DNA of 63,912 bases, the filler included, from Conidiobolus incongruus B7586 (Eukaryota): assembly GCA_000697335.1 (NCBI GenBank). It is 11 parts of 11 records of this genome, joined end to end, with 100 filler letters (N's around TTAATTAATTAA, not from the genome) between each part and the next. Parts side by side here need not be neighbours in the genome. Positions count along the whole stretch, not along the records: positions 12,571 to 18,443 come from JNEM01000398.1; positions 18,544 to 24,506 come from JNEM01000399.1; positions 24,607 to 30,203 come from JNEM01000400.1; 8 more parts are not named here. One strand, given 5' to 3'. This document shows, one piece after another, positions 14,398 through 27,181 of the stretch. Position numbers and translations under genes: made by a program. Numbering within the stretch: the stretch's first letter is position 1; every line of letters begins with the position of its first letter. A model generated the notes under the pieces. The model saw nothing but the letters and a program-made list of their open reading frames with translations, was not told where the DNA came from and searched no databases.

Positions 14398-16470
14398 ATG
14401 CCTGCTATTGAACTACGTGTTAAAGGTAAAACATTTGCTGCTTTTTATGACTTGGACCCTACTGAAGATCTTCCAAAAACATGGAGGACTTGTACCAAAG
14501 TTAAAGATGCTTTAGAACAAGGTGACAGATTAGAAAATCTTTCTTGGCGTTTATGGCATTTACAAAAGTCACTATATCGTGAACTTAAAGACACAGCGCT
14601 TTGGTCAGCGGAATTCAAACGCTTGTCTCAAATTGCCACTCGTAAACTCGAAGAATCCGGAGTTTTAACCTTTCCCCGAAAGAAGCATCGTACTTTAAAA
14701 AAAAAGATAGTTCCTCATCCTCCGGGAGTTTTCCATCCTCCCAATATGCAGCATACTTTGCCTGGATCTCCGTCCAAGAGATTCAGAGCTGATGATTCTA
14801 TATCTCATAATACACAAACTGTACTCCAACCTCATCCAGGTTTAAACACTACTACAGTTAAAATTGAACCTTCAGATGAATCTGCTCAACATCGTCCAAT
14901 ACTAATTAAAAATAATACAGATCCTTCAATTTCTTCAACACACTCTCAGACCGCCAAGTCGAATCAAAACAATTCTACAAATTCTGATTCTACTAACTCT
15001 AATCCATTTGCTATATCATCTCAGTCGAACAGCTTTAACCAAGCACCAGGTTTTAATGGAGCTGCTTCAGGTTTAAGTCACCAGCAGATGATTAGTGCAA
15101 TGTATCATCCCCTTGCTGGACATCCTCAGTGGATTAATACCGCTCAGTTGAATTTCAATGCAGCATATTCAATGCTAAATTATAATCCATCTAACCCCCT
15201 TCTGTTTCCAGCTGGCAGAGGCGCGTTTACCAATCAGCCGCCTTCATTTAATATTGCACAACCTAACTTCTCTAACTCACAAGTTAACTCACAAGTTTCA
15301 TCTCCAAGAGGGACCAATCAGCCCCCTGAATATTTCCCTGCTGGTTTCGCCGCGCCATTTCCTCTTAACATGCAATTAGCTAATCTTTACAATTCCTCAG
15401 CAGCAGTAGCTCAAGGTGTTTCATCATTAAATCCAGCCTCGGTACAATCTACTCCTGTTCAAGAAAATGCCCCTAATGATCTCAAATCTAGTTTTAACCA
15501 AAATCAAACTTCTTCAGCAGGATCTACTCTTTCAAATCAAGCTAACAAATCCGCCGAGATTGGATCTTCTATTGCCAGTAATCAGATTTCTTCTGAACTA
15601 GCCACCATTCATGAAACCGAAGAAAGTTCTAAGTCTAATTCAGCCAACCAGCAATCCAATTTTAATGATCAAAACACAAACAATAATAATGATGATAATA
15701 AAAAGGGAGAGGGACGACCTGCATATCGAGATAATGCTGAACAAGATCTTAATAGTGTTTGCTCCAACTGCGGTTGTACATCCACTCCTCTTTGGCGCAG
15801 GTCCGTCAACGATGATTTATTATGCAATGCTTGTGGTCTATATTCTAAACTCCATAAAATTCCTCGACCTAAGTCACTCAAAGACAACTCTCATCGCAAA
15901 GATACTTCCAATACACACTCTAACTCTGTTTGCACTAATTGTGGGACTAATACTACTCCTCTATGGCGTCGAAACCCTAACGGTCGCACCCTATGTAATG
16001 CTTGTGGCCTATATTATAAATTGCACAACTCAGATCGTCCATTATCTCTCAAGACAGATAGCTACAAAAAGCGCACAAGATCTGATCACACTAAACGCAA
16101 GAAAGCTAAACTTCTACAAGATCAGCAAGATGATTCCAATCCCGAATTGGGAAGCGATACTGGTTATTATGATTCTAATAACGATGCATACAAGGATGAT
16201 GAGGAAGATACAACTCAAAATTATAATGATGGTCTAAAGACTACAATCGATATCACCAACCAGTCAGCATCGAATAATCCTTTGTTAGATGTCCACCCCA
16301 CTGGCTTAGCAATCCCTCCCAACATCCCACCAAATGCTCAAGCCCAATATCTCATGTTTTCACAATGCCCTGATGTTTCACAAATTGACATTAATGACTA
16401 TGCATCATATTTGGAATTTGAACCAACACATCCTTCCCAAATAGATTCTAGCTACTACCAGCAGAATTAA
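14398..16470 (+). CDS. GATA transcription factor with N-terminal DUF1752 and two C-x2-C-x17-C-x2-C zinc fingers
   Basis: Intronless 690-aa [13 protein letters not shown] (DUF1752, as in AreA/Gat1); fingers [18 protein letters not shown] and [22 protein letters not shown]; basic tail; S/N/Q-rich middle. Confidence 0.95.
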   Translation: MPAIELRVKGKTFAAFYDLDPTEDLPKTWRTCTKVKDALEQGDRLENLSWRLWHLQKSLYRELKDTALWSAEFKRLSQIATRKLEESGVLTFPRKKHRTLKKKIVPHPPGVFHPPNMQHTLPGSPSKRFRADDSISHNTQTVLQPHPGLNTTTVKIEPSDESAQHRPILIKNNTDPSISSTHSQTAKSNQNNSTNSDSTNSNPFAISSQSNSFNQAPGFNGAASGLSHQQMISAMYHPLAGHPQWINTAQLNFNAAYSMLNYNPSNPLLFPAGRGAFTNQPPSFNIAQPNFSNSQVNSQVSSPRGTNQPPEYFPAGFAAPFPLNMQLANLYNSSAAVAQGVSSLNPASVQSTPVQENAPNDLKSSFNQNQTSSAGSTLSNQANKSAEIGSSIASNQISSELATIHETEESSKSNSANQQSNFNDQNTNNNNDDNKKGEGRPAYRDNAEQDLNSVCSNCGCTSTPLWRRSVNDDLLCNACGLYSKLHKIPRPKSLKDNSHRKDTSNTHSNSVCTNCGTNTTPLWRRNPNGRTLCNACGLYYKLHNSDRPLSLKTDSYKKRTRSDHTKRKKAKLLQDQQDDSNPELGSDTGYYDSNNDAYKDDEEDTTQNYNDGLKTTIDITNQSASNNPLLDVHPTGLAIPPNIPPNAQAQYLMFSQCPDVSQIDINDYASYLEFEPTHPSQIDSSYYQQN

Positions 16471-18443
16471 TCGCATATCTTCAAATTTAATTACCCATTG
16501 ATTTAGATATATCTATATCTTTATTTAATATTTTATGTATTTATTTATTCAAAATATAATATCTTTTGTTTTTACTCATTAATCTTAATAAAACTATAAG
16601 TTTCATATCATTCTGAATTCCACACGTCTTTTAGTCTTGATTTTTACCTATCATCTGAATATTGAAAACATTGTCGGCAATTTGCGGAAATGTTTGAATA
16701 CTCATATTAATTCATTCGATTCGAATGATTATTACATTTATTTTAATATTTGCCATATATAGAAAATTTATATTTACTACTTTATTTTGAATTTTTATCA
16801 GATTTTTCACAAGATTTTATCTCTTTTTATAAATTGATTTTTAAAATAAAATATTATTTAAAATATAGGTTGAAATAATTAGTAGATACTTATGTGTAAT
16901 GTTTGATTGGAAGTGAGAAATTAATTTAGTTATCAACTTATATTATAATTTTAATTAATTCTCTAAAATTATTTTCATTAATTTCCCCAAAATTAATAAT
17001 TTATTTAATATTAATATTAGTGATGATCCATACTCAATGGTTAAAACTGGATGCAATAGCTTATATATATAAACTAAACTAGAACTACCTAATTGACAAT
17101 CACAAAAATGATATTGGAATAAATGGTTTAAACTTTTGTAAAGTTTATATAGTATACCTTAGTATCATTAACATTAACTTTCATTTAATATAATCATATT
17201 AGTATCACGTTGTTAATATTACTGTAAAAAGCATTTATAGTTTAATTATAATAAAACTCCCTAATTTTAGGTATAAAATACCAATATTAATAAAACAAGT
17301 TTAATAGCCATAGTTAAAAAATAATGCTGAAATTTGCAAGGAGGTATATTAACAATTAAAACTCATCCATTTTTATTTTTCAACTTTTGTTGATATAAAT
17401 CAAAACTATATTAAGTTTCAATTGTTCAATTAATATATTTCTCTAAGTCTAGCAAATTATCATATTTTTAATTGAAAAAATTTTGAATGAATTAGCCAAT
17501 TTTTTGTATTTTAATCATTATCAAAGTTAGTTCATGATATATGCATTCTATCACTTGTACCATGCTTACCATCTTAAAATTTCTAATATAACCTTTTTAA
17601 ATATCAAATTTATATTTTCATTTAATATTATATTCCACGTGCTATAATTTTACCATGGTTTATTAGCCCCTTATTCAATTTACCTAATCATGATAATATG
17701 ATATTGTTGATTATAATATTATTAATTAAAATGTATTTATGTACACTATTTAAATTTAATATACTAACAATTATAAATTCCATCTGATTAATTTACTTTG
17801 ATAAATCCTTTAATATTAACAAATTGTAAAATATGATCTGATTTTTAAAATGAAAAAGTGGCTTTTATATAATACTTGTAATATATTTTTAAAATTTGAC
17901 AAAATACTTGTTTAAATACAGAATTTTAATATAACTCTAGGTGAACGAAGAATTTATATATATATATATGTATATTTGAATTATCCTAGATTTATAAATT
18001 ATTATATTTCAATAATGTATCTTGATAAATGGTTTGTTTTAATCTACGATTCAATCCAATTCATTAATGATGAATCATCAAATGATTATATTATATAATA
18101 TTATAGATATTCATAAAAGTTGCATTTTAATAAATAGTTAAATAGTTCATATTTTATAAATTTTATAACTACTAAACGCCAAATTAAAAGAATTTTAGTT
18201 TTTTGCCTATTGACTTGAAAACACCATAAATCAAAATCAATTATTGGTAAAAAAATTTATATTTCAACAATAATATTGTAGGTAATTTAAATTTATCATA
18301 AAATGAATATACTCTTTAAAATTATCTTCAATTAATTAATATTTGATTATTAAATTTAATAACATAAATAAAATTAAAAATTCCCTATAATCTTTTATTT
18401 TTTAACCTTTGAAGAATTTTTTTATTCATAATGAATTATATCA

Positions 18444-18543
18444 NNNNNNNNNNNNNNNNNNNNNNNNNNNNNNNNNNNNNNNNNNNNTTAATTAATTAAN
18501 NNNNNNNNNNNNNNNNNNNNNNNNNNNNNNNNNNNNNNNNNNN
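18444..18543. other. Artificial contig spacer
   Basis: N44-TTAATTAATTAA-N44. Confidence 0.98.
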
Positions 18544-19341
18544 AAATTAAAATATTATTAATTTATAATCTTTTATATTAAATATTAAGTATAAAATATA
18601 AATGTTATATTTTATCAATAAAATGACTATGAAAATCTAAATTCTATTATATAAATATTTTTATTTTAAAATTTATTATTTTTAATAATTTAAAATTTAA
18701 TTATTTTTATTTCAAAAATTATTTACTTTTAAATTTATTCTATTTATAAAAATTTAAATAACCTATTATATTTGATATATAATAAAAAATTATATTACTT
18801 TGTTTATATATTTTATTATAATATTTTATTCAATATATTATGATTTTAAATTTGGATATTATTTAGTTATATAATTAGATCTATTAATAATATTTTTATT
18901 AAAGGTTAAAAAATTTATCTAATTAAATTAAAGTCATTTCCATTAGCTGGACTAGATATAAATATATTTAAAGCTAGGTAATTTTTTATTAAAATATGGA
19001 TTCAGTATATATATTTGGTTATATAATATTAAATAATTTATTATAAAAGATTTCTCTCTGACCTAAGAAATTTGATACCAAATTAATGAAAAAAAAATAA
19101 CAAGACTTTATTTTAAAATCAAAAGAAATATATAATACATTTTTAATTTAAAAATTAATCAAATTAATATTATAATTTTAATGTAGAAAAAAAAGAAAAT
19201 AAGTTGAAATAATAATATTTTGAAAATAACAATTAAATAAATTTAATATAATGTTACAGGAAATCTATAATGATAAGGATTAGTATATAATAATTGAATA
19301 ATTGGCAAGATAACAAGTGTTAGAATGGAACTATAGTTCAT

Positions 19342-19719
19342 TCATTCTTTCCATTGATTGCCACATTCGGTATTACAACATTTATAAAACGTTGTCATAG
19401 GTTCGTCAGCTGAACGGATTTGTAGTTGAAAATAATAAGCTCGGTTATGTTCGCATTTGGGACATGGAACTATAGGGTATAATTAGTGAATATATATAAA
19501 TAATTAATGTCATAATGTATATGTACCTTCTGTAGAATCTACATTAGCCCAAGCCTTTTCACCGCCTAACACATCGTCAACCTCTTTGCGTTTCATATAA
19601 GTTCTTCCAATCATACTGTCTGTGATCTGGTATTGATAAGGGCAAGTATTACAGATGAAGTAGTGGGTTCCTTTTTTTGAAATGGTCAACATATTGGCAC
19701 AAGATGGACAGAATAACAT
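19342..19719 (-). CDS. RPC11: RNA polymerase III subunit C11, 2 exons
   Basis: Exons 19719-19527 and 19469-19342. N-terminal [11 protein letters not shown]...CNTCPY zinc ribbon, [13 protein letters not shown], and TFIIS-like CPKC...[20 protein letters not shown]. Confidence 0.97.
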
Positions 19720-19981
19720 TTTGGTCTATTGGTATTAAATATTATATTAATTATTATAGTTGATTGATTTATTGGATAATATTCAAATTTAGTATTTTAG
19801 ATTTTTTAAATAAATTTAAGAAAATTGTAAAAAAATTATGGGAAAATGATATATTTCCTATTTTAATTAAAAACCCATAACGTCATTAAATATTTCTAGA
19901 AAACATAATTTCTTTCACATCAATTCGACTCTATTAATAATAATTATCAATCTTAAGTTTAATTTATTATCAATTCCAAAT
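19720..19981. promoter_or_regulatory. Compact bidirectional promoter between RPC11 and PAM17
   Basis: Only 262 nt separate two divergent start codons. Confidence 0.6.
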
Positions 19982-20637
19982 ATGAATCGAATCATCTTAA
20001 GAAACCTTAATACTATCAACTATCAACCTTCAAGATTATTAACTCATCAATATCCTAAAACTTTATTAAGATGTATGAGTAATCAAACTGATGCTCAAAC
20101 TCAAACCCAAAAAGAAGCCATTAGCAAATTAGCTAATGAAATGAGCTGGCAAGAATATTTCAAATTGAAAAAGAAGCGCAGAATTATCGAGCGAGTCTTA
20201 TCCGTTCCCACTACCATCGCCGCTGCGGGTGGTACAGCCACTTACCTTTTAAATACTTTAGAAATTTCTGCTACTCCAGAATTGGTCTATGGTTTAGATC
20301 CCCAAATCTTTTTAGTTTTGGCAGTCGCCGGTTCTGGTATGTTGGGCTTCTTTATGGGTCCTATTTTGGAGAATGTGTTATTTAGAGCTCTCTATAATAA
20401 GCAATATCATATTATTAAACAAGTAATGCTTATATATAATAATTAATTTTAGATACTAAATAATTTGTAATGTAGAAAGATGCTGACTTTTTCCAACGTA
20501 TTGCCAAGTACCGATCCAACGTAACTTCCCAAGTGGTGAACCAAGCTCCTGATTTTTATGGCGAAAAGATCTTCTCAGTTAAGGATTATCGCAATTGGTT
20601 ACGTAGACAATACGAACACAAGCGTTCCAGAGAATAA
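19982..20637 (+). CDS. PAM17: Mitochondrial presequence translocase-associated motor subunit Pam17, 2 exons
   Basis: Exons 19982-20422 and 20476-20637. Presequence-like N-terminus, MSWQEYFKLKKKRR, two TM segments with GLDP, and C-terminal PDFYGEKIFSVKDYRNWLRRQ. Confidence 0.95.
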
Positions 20638-22711
20638 CTCCACTATTAATTCAATATTATTAACTTAAAATTCCACTCTATCTTTTCATTGTACTTCACA
20701 TGATTCATTAATCTATTTTTTATTTTCAATTGAGTTCAATATTGATATAAATAATTTAACTTTTTTATGAATTTAAAATATTCAATTTGTTAAAAAACAC
20801 TATTAATAGAATTTATATTCTGATTATTAACAATTTTTATATTAATTTAATATTAATTCCAAATTTTTATTCACCAACTAAATCAATCTTTAATTCTCTG
20901 GAATAATAATTTTCTTTTTGTTGATAGCCATCAATATGAATTATATTACATTTAATTTCAAAATGCTTTATTAATTGGAATACCATCAATATGATTAAAA
21001 TGTAGTTGATTAGATCTGATTAGATATTATTCATCTGAATTAATGAATTATTAATCTTTATTTCAGTCTTCTTTCAACACTCCATAATTCAAAGTAAATT
21101 TATTAATCCAAATCCCAAACCCAATCAAATTTTATAAAATTTATATGTTATTAAAATCTATTATTAAATTCTTTATCTAATATAAAACTATTATTAATTA
21201 ATTTATGAATTATTAAAAATATCATTGTAATATTTTAAATCATTAATTTTTTTAAAAATAGAAATTTTCCAAGAGTTTTTTGTATTATAAATATTAATTT
21301 ATCTAATTCAATGCCAAACAATATAAATTTAGATATGGAAAAATAATAAAGCTATCCATGAATGAGTATAGTATTATATTATTATAATTCAAAAATTTTT
21401 GCATATAAAAATATAAACTAAATCAATTATAATTTATTTTTTATTAACTCAATCCAATAATTTTTCAATATATTTTTTATTCAATTTGATATAAGTGATT
21501 AATAATCATTAAATATTAAAATTTTGATTTGTTTTATTCAATAGTTTTTAGTATAAAATTTTTTAAATAAGGGATTTAACAGTGATTTGACATCCATTTT
21601 ATATAGCAAACAGTATATATATCACATTGATAAATTGTCTTCTTTGTTTCTTATTTTAAATCATTTTGAATGAGCAATAAATTAACAAAGATATTTTTTT
21701 ATAAATAATAATTATATATTATATTAAAATGAAAATAACTTATACTTTTTATTAAAATAATTTTAAAATAAATTTAACAACCTTTAATATGAAAAACATG
21801 TAGTGAATTTGAATTCAACTAATTTGTTTAATGTGGAATATCTTTGAGCTTTTGTAATTTTAATTAATATCATATTTAATTGTTTATAATATAAAAATCA
21901 ATATTCTATTAATTTCAAATTAATCCAAATTATTTAATTTAATCAATAATGCTATATAAATTTTCTCTTCTGTGATTTGAAATTCATCTTCAATAATTCA
22001 ATTTTATAAAATAGGCATAAATTATTTGATATAATTCTTCTTACTAGTTTAAAGTTCAAACACAAGATATTATCAAATTTTACCAATTTACAAATGCAAA
22101 GGGTTAATATTGTCAATACCTTCTGGTATTAATTCAAATTAGTGAAAATATACATCTGCAAAAAATATTTTGTAGATTATTTAGAATGGAAATTTGATAG
22201 GTAATATTTTCAAATATTTGCTTTGCTAAATTAAATGCCTGTATGATAATTCTTTGTTGTTAAATTAGGACACCTCATATATTATATATCATCTTATTAT
22301 ATATTTTTATAAAGAGTGAATTAATGATAAAATATATGTATAATAGTATATCGTGGTATGGGTAGAGTGAAGAGAATTTAGTTTGAAGAGTTGAGAGTTA
22401 GGGTGAGGATATTTGGGAATGATAATATATGGTTATATATTGCAAATTAAAGGTATATATTTAAATTAGTTTATTAGATCTATATTAGTTATAAAGTTAA
22501 TAAATTATATTATTTTATTTATTTAATTATATACATTTTTATTTCAGTCTTTTAATTAAAACCAAATATATTATTTTCAACACTTGAATATTATCTTAAT
22601 TTGAAATATTTTTATTCAGTTTTATATAATTATGAAGCAATACATATTTATAATTTTTTCATTAATAATTTATTAGATTGATTTTCTCATTAATTTCAAA
22701 ATATTCAGAAA

Positions 22712-24070
22712 ATGTACAGTGAAATATTTTTTTCGAAATGTTTGCAATGCTTGGAAAGAATTTACCTAACAGCATTGAAGGGACGAATGCTTGTTTTTAA
22801 GGTCTAATTGATAAGAAATGTAATATAATGTTGCCTATATGCTCAAAGTGTTCGAAATACGGTAACGAATGCGAAGATTAAGAAGCAGAGGATGATTTTC
22901 TAATAATTTAAAACACATTATTTCAAATAAAAACAAAATAAGAGTAAGATATATTAACATAGTTAATAGGAGAATTGAGTATTAAATAGATTGATTTAAA
23001 CAATTAAGTTATCGATGGCAAAACATATCTCAAGGTCCGTTTGAACCTATCCTAATGGGCAACTCCATTCTCCTGACTTTGATTCAAAAAATCATGCACA
23101 ATACTAAAATATAATTTCCATGCTATAGCTGAGCTTGAATATAACATTTGACAGATTAAATAACCAAATTAATTTAATATCTCTTTATTTGATTAAACCC
23201 TTCAATTTACTCTGATTTATTGTGCACTAATTTAGAACACTTTCAGCAAACTAATATTCTATTAAGCTTGGCTCAGTTTGATATTGACGCATGATGTATA
23301 GGATCTGATTATGTTTACTTTTATACTTATGAAAACTACCCTAATGTGGTCTTAGCAATGTGCTTGAAAATAAAAGATATAGTAAGTATTATCTGAGACT
23401 TTATTTAAAGCATTAGTCTGAATTTATACACTATTCAATACTATAAAATCTTTTGATTTATTTATTTGAATAATGGAAAAGATATACTGTAAAGTATATG
23501 TTTATATATAGCAACTATATCCGCTAATTTATTAGGATTAACAAATCTAATTAATAGTTTAAAAGCTCAAAATCAATAAGGAAAATATTGGGATTTTACT
23601 AAAATTCAAATTCTATTTAGCAAAGGATTTATTTACTGAATATGAAAGAATCCCTCAAGAAGTAAAAGGTTTTGACCAGAATTTTTTTAACATTTTTCAT
23701 TAATCAATCATTCTAAGCTTGTTTATTGAGATTATATTATTATCAATAGTATCAATATATTGGTAAGATATTATTTAAGATATATAAAATTGATTGATTT
23801 GTTTACTATTTGGGTTATTACTGGTAAATCATAAATTAATCATATAATCGAATTCAATATTAAATTAGATATAATAGATAGTTATTTCATTAATTCAACT
23901 TATCTTTTAATATATGTTAGCATACTCCTTCATATTACTACTTATTTTAGCACTAACTAAACACACTAATCTTTAACTACTGGAAGGATTTATAAAGGCA
24001 AATCTGGTGGATTCAAATACACTTATATTTAGTGGAATTATATCAATAATTGTACAAAAAGAAAGAGATT
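22712..24070 (+). pseudogene. Decayed Zn2Cys6 + middle-homology-region transcription factor
   Basis: 22783-22881 translates TNAC-F-*-G-LIDKKC-NIMLPIC-SKC-SKYGNEC-ED*, a binuclear cluster with a stop and Cys2 changed TGT>GGT. An upstream ATG at 22712 is in another frame. Downstream fragments LILLSLAQFD (~23250) and ATISANLLGL (~23511) resemble MHR motifs. The 3' end is approximate. Confidence 0.7.
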
Positions 24071-24506
24071 AATAAGTTATTTGAAATATTTATTTAAATT
24101 GTTTTTTAAGCCTTAAATATCAGTCTATATTTAGAAAATTTCAATCTCAGCAAATTATACTTTTTTTCAAGTCAAGTCATTGAATCTTGTCTTATATGTG
24201 AAAAACTAATCAATTGGAATATAATAAATTATTTATAAATTAACCCTAATATAAAAAATTATTATCTGTAATTTTCATCCTATTAAATAAATAGTTTAAA
24301 TATTTGGAATATAATCCTATATATTATTTAAATGCAACTTTAAATATTATTTTTTATATTTGTATTTAAATAATTAAATTAATTCATTTTGCTAAATATA
24401 TTCAATAAAATATTATTATAATGAAAAATCATTGATATTTATTTAATTCATTTCTTAATTATTAATATCTAAAAAAATATTATATTATATATATTCAATT
24501 TATAAA

Positions 24507-24606
24507 NNNNNNNNNNNNNNNNNNNNNNNNNNNNNNNNNNNNNNNNNNNNTTAATTAATTAANNNNNNNNNNNNNNNNNNNNNNNNNNNNNNNNNNNNNN
24601 NNNNNN
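24507..24606. other. Artificial contig spacer
   Basis: N44-TTAATTAATTAA-N44. Confidence 0.98.
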
Positions 24607-26500
24607 TATATTATATATAGTTTAATAATGAATTTGAAAACTATTGACTTTAATAATGATTAACATCAAAAAGAATTTAAGATTAAAATTAATTAAAAGT
24701 ATTTTATAAATAATTAGAGTTAATCACTAATTTGTTTATAAATTTTTTAATTATAATGCATATTAAATATTATCAATTTATTAAATTTTATTTAATTTTA
24801 ATATTATTCTTTATTATAGTGAATAATTTAAATAATGATATAAATAATTTATTTTGAAATTATTTTATAAATCCTATATTTTATATCTAAAATTAATATA
24901 CCAATTTTAAGGTTAGAATTTCATTTATTTGAATATTTTTTTTTTGAAATGTAATTATAATATTGAATATAAATAAAGATAAAAGCTAGTGTTTTGATAT
25001 GTAATATAATTTATCATATATTCAAATAGTTTTATTAAGAAGGAAAATATATCTGCATAATACCAATTTGGAGATAAATTTAAAAAAATATTCTTATTAA
25101 AATCAAATATAGACATTGATATTAAAATGATAATCATAATTAATTATTAATATAAGGATCTTTATTCTGTTTTGTCAATAAGAATAATCACTCAATAAAT
25201 CTTATAAAATAGAAACCTTAGAGTTCAGCTTTTAAAATCATAATAATAAATATTTCAATAATCTATGTTTTAGATTAATTTGTTTAAGACAGATTAGGTG
25301 ATTAATCAAATATTTGATCTTCCCAATTTGAAATAAAGATTGAATTTAAAAATTATTTATATTTTGTAATAAAATAATTCTTTAACTATATCAAAATATA
25401 ACATCATAAACTTATAATTGATATAGTTCTTAATCATGCTTAATTGAATAAACCATTCAATTATTTGGTATAAAAAATCAATAATAAGGTAATAAAATCC
25501 TCATTTTAATATTATGATTTGCATAAGTGTGTTTTGCTCTGCATTATTATTAACTTCAAAGGTTTATTATATTATATCTACCAATTTATATTAAAATTAT
25601 ATAAAAATATCTATTTAATTTAATTTATAAAATATTAAAATCAACTTTTTTAAATTGTTAATAACTTTTTCAACTAGTTTTAAAAGTTTGAATTTTAAAA
25701 TTTTACTTAAAATAAAAATTAATAATAATTTAATTAAATTTAATTTTATTTAATATAAAAAAATCAAAGGTAATACAATTCATTATTTTAAAAACAAATA
25801 TTAATTAAAATAAAAATGAATTTAATAATAATTTAGATAACAATTTGATTAAAATGACGAGAATATGATTTAAAATTAAAATTTATTTTAAAATGATTTT
25901 TATTTAAATTTAGAAATTAAAAAAAGAAATATTTTTTTACCTAGCCATTATTTTTAGGATTATTTTTAAATACAAATGATTTAATGCTATTAAAAAAATT
26001 TTATTTATTTAATTAATTAAATACTATATTTTATCTTTGATTTTTTTTATAATTTTAGGTATAAAATAATTAAAATTATAATTCATTTTGATATATTCTC
26101 AATCAGAGTATAATATAAATTATATTTTATTATATTCAAATTAAATTTTAATTATTATCGAACTCTGATAATGCCATAAAATTTAAGAATATCCTTTTTA
26201 AAAATTGAGAGTGGGTGAATTAATAGAACACAATTGAATTAAAAAGGTTCAAGTAATACAAATAAAACTCATGCTTGATTTTTAATTGGTCAATATGAAT
26301 CATAAGCCCATAAAAAATTTTTAAAATTTGGGGAAATCATGATGACCTAGCCATTGTTGATAGAGAATAAACGCTCAAGTTATCATCCATTCGTAATTAA
26401 TTTAATCACAATTGATAGATAATGATGTGTCTTGTTCGAAAAAAGAAATTAAGTTAACAAATATAAAATTTGATTTAATAATAAAAGTACAAATAATTTA

Positions 26501-27181
26501 TTAAAATCCAAATCTAAATTGATTCAAGAGAGAATAAATACATAGTTTAATTAATTTGAGAAGGGGCGAGAGGAGGGGAGAGTTGGAATTGGTTGTAATA
26601 GCTGAGGATGTCGAGGGTGATCCGATACATTGTAAGGATAATTTGTTAGATTGCGTTAGATTGCAATCGTTATCATTATTAATCTCGAGAGATATTCTGG
26701 AAATATAGGATGATTTATGTAGGATGCTCGTGGATTTATAGGTGAGTTGTTTAATTTTGCATGGGGAAGTAGTCGTGCGATATTTAGTAGGCACCATGAG
26801 GCACATTATGCCTCCATCAAATTTAGAACAAACGCAGTCAACCCACTGAGAACAATCCCCATCTGTAAATTGATTCGTCACTAAAGGACCACTCCATCTA
26901 ATTGAAAATTTAGTTGAGCTCTTATCACTTAATAAAGTTGTTTTAAAATAGTGACAGAGCAGTGGAATATCATCAGAGTGAACATATCTGAAAATTGGCT
27001 GGTCAACCAATTCTGGATTGAATTGGGACGATGGTAATTGACTGTTAAGAAGAACAGTGCGCGTTACGATTCCATAGATTGATGAATATACAACAAGTGC
27101 TGGAGAGGGTGAGCTCACTTTTGGAAACACTGGTGAATATGAAGGGGTAGATTGAGAGCGAGTTGAAAGAACGAGAGCCAT
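26501..27181 (-). CDS. Small single PAS-like domain protein
   Basis: First ATG is at 27181 (the ORF track starts at an upstream GTG). PELVDQPIFRYVHSDDIPLL matches the PAS ELxGxxxxxFvHPdD pattern, followed by FSIRW and QWVDC strands. Intronless; S/T-rich tail. Confidence 0.6.
   Translation of the reverse strand: MALVLSTRSQSTPSYSPVFPKVSSPSPALVVYSSIYGIVTRTVLLNSQLPSSQFNPELVDQPIFRYVHSDDIPLLCHYFKTTLLSDKSSTKFSIRWSGPLVTNQFTDGDCSQWVDCVCSKFDGGIMCLMVPTKYRTTTSPCKIKQLTYKSTSILHKSSYISRISLEINNDNDCNLTQSNKLSLQCIGSPSTSSAITTNSNSPLLSPLLKLIKLCIYSLLNQFRFGF

Noticed and set aside
15611..16237. 208-aa alternative-frame ORF and 72-aa antisense ORF inside the GATA gene
   Set aside because: Off-frame by-products of codon bias in the real CDS; no recognisable features.
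14398..16470. SreA/Fep1 iron regulator assignment
   Set aside because: No Cys-rich inter-finger region, and DUF1752 is present.
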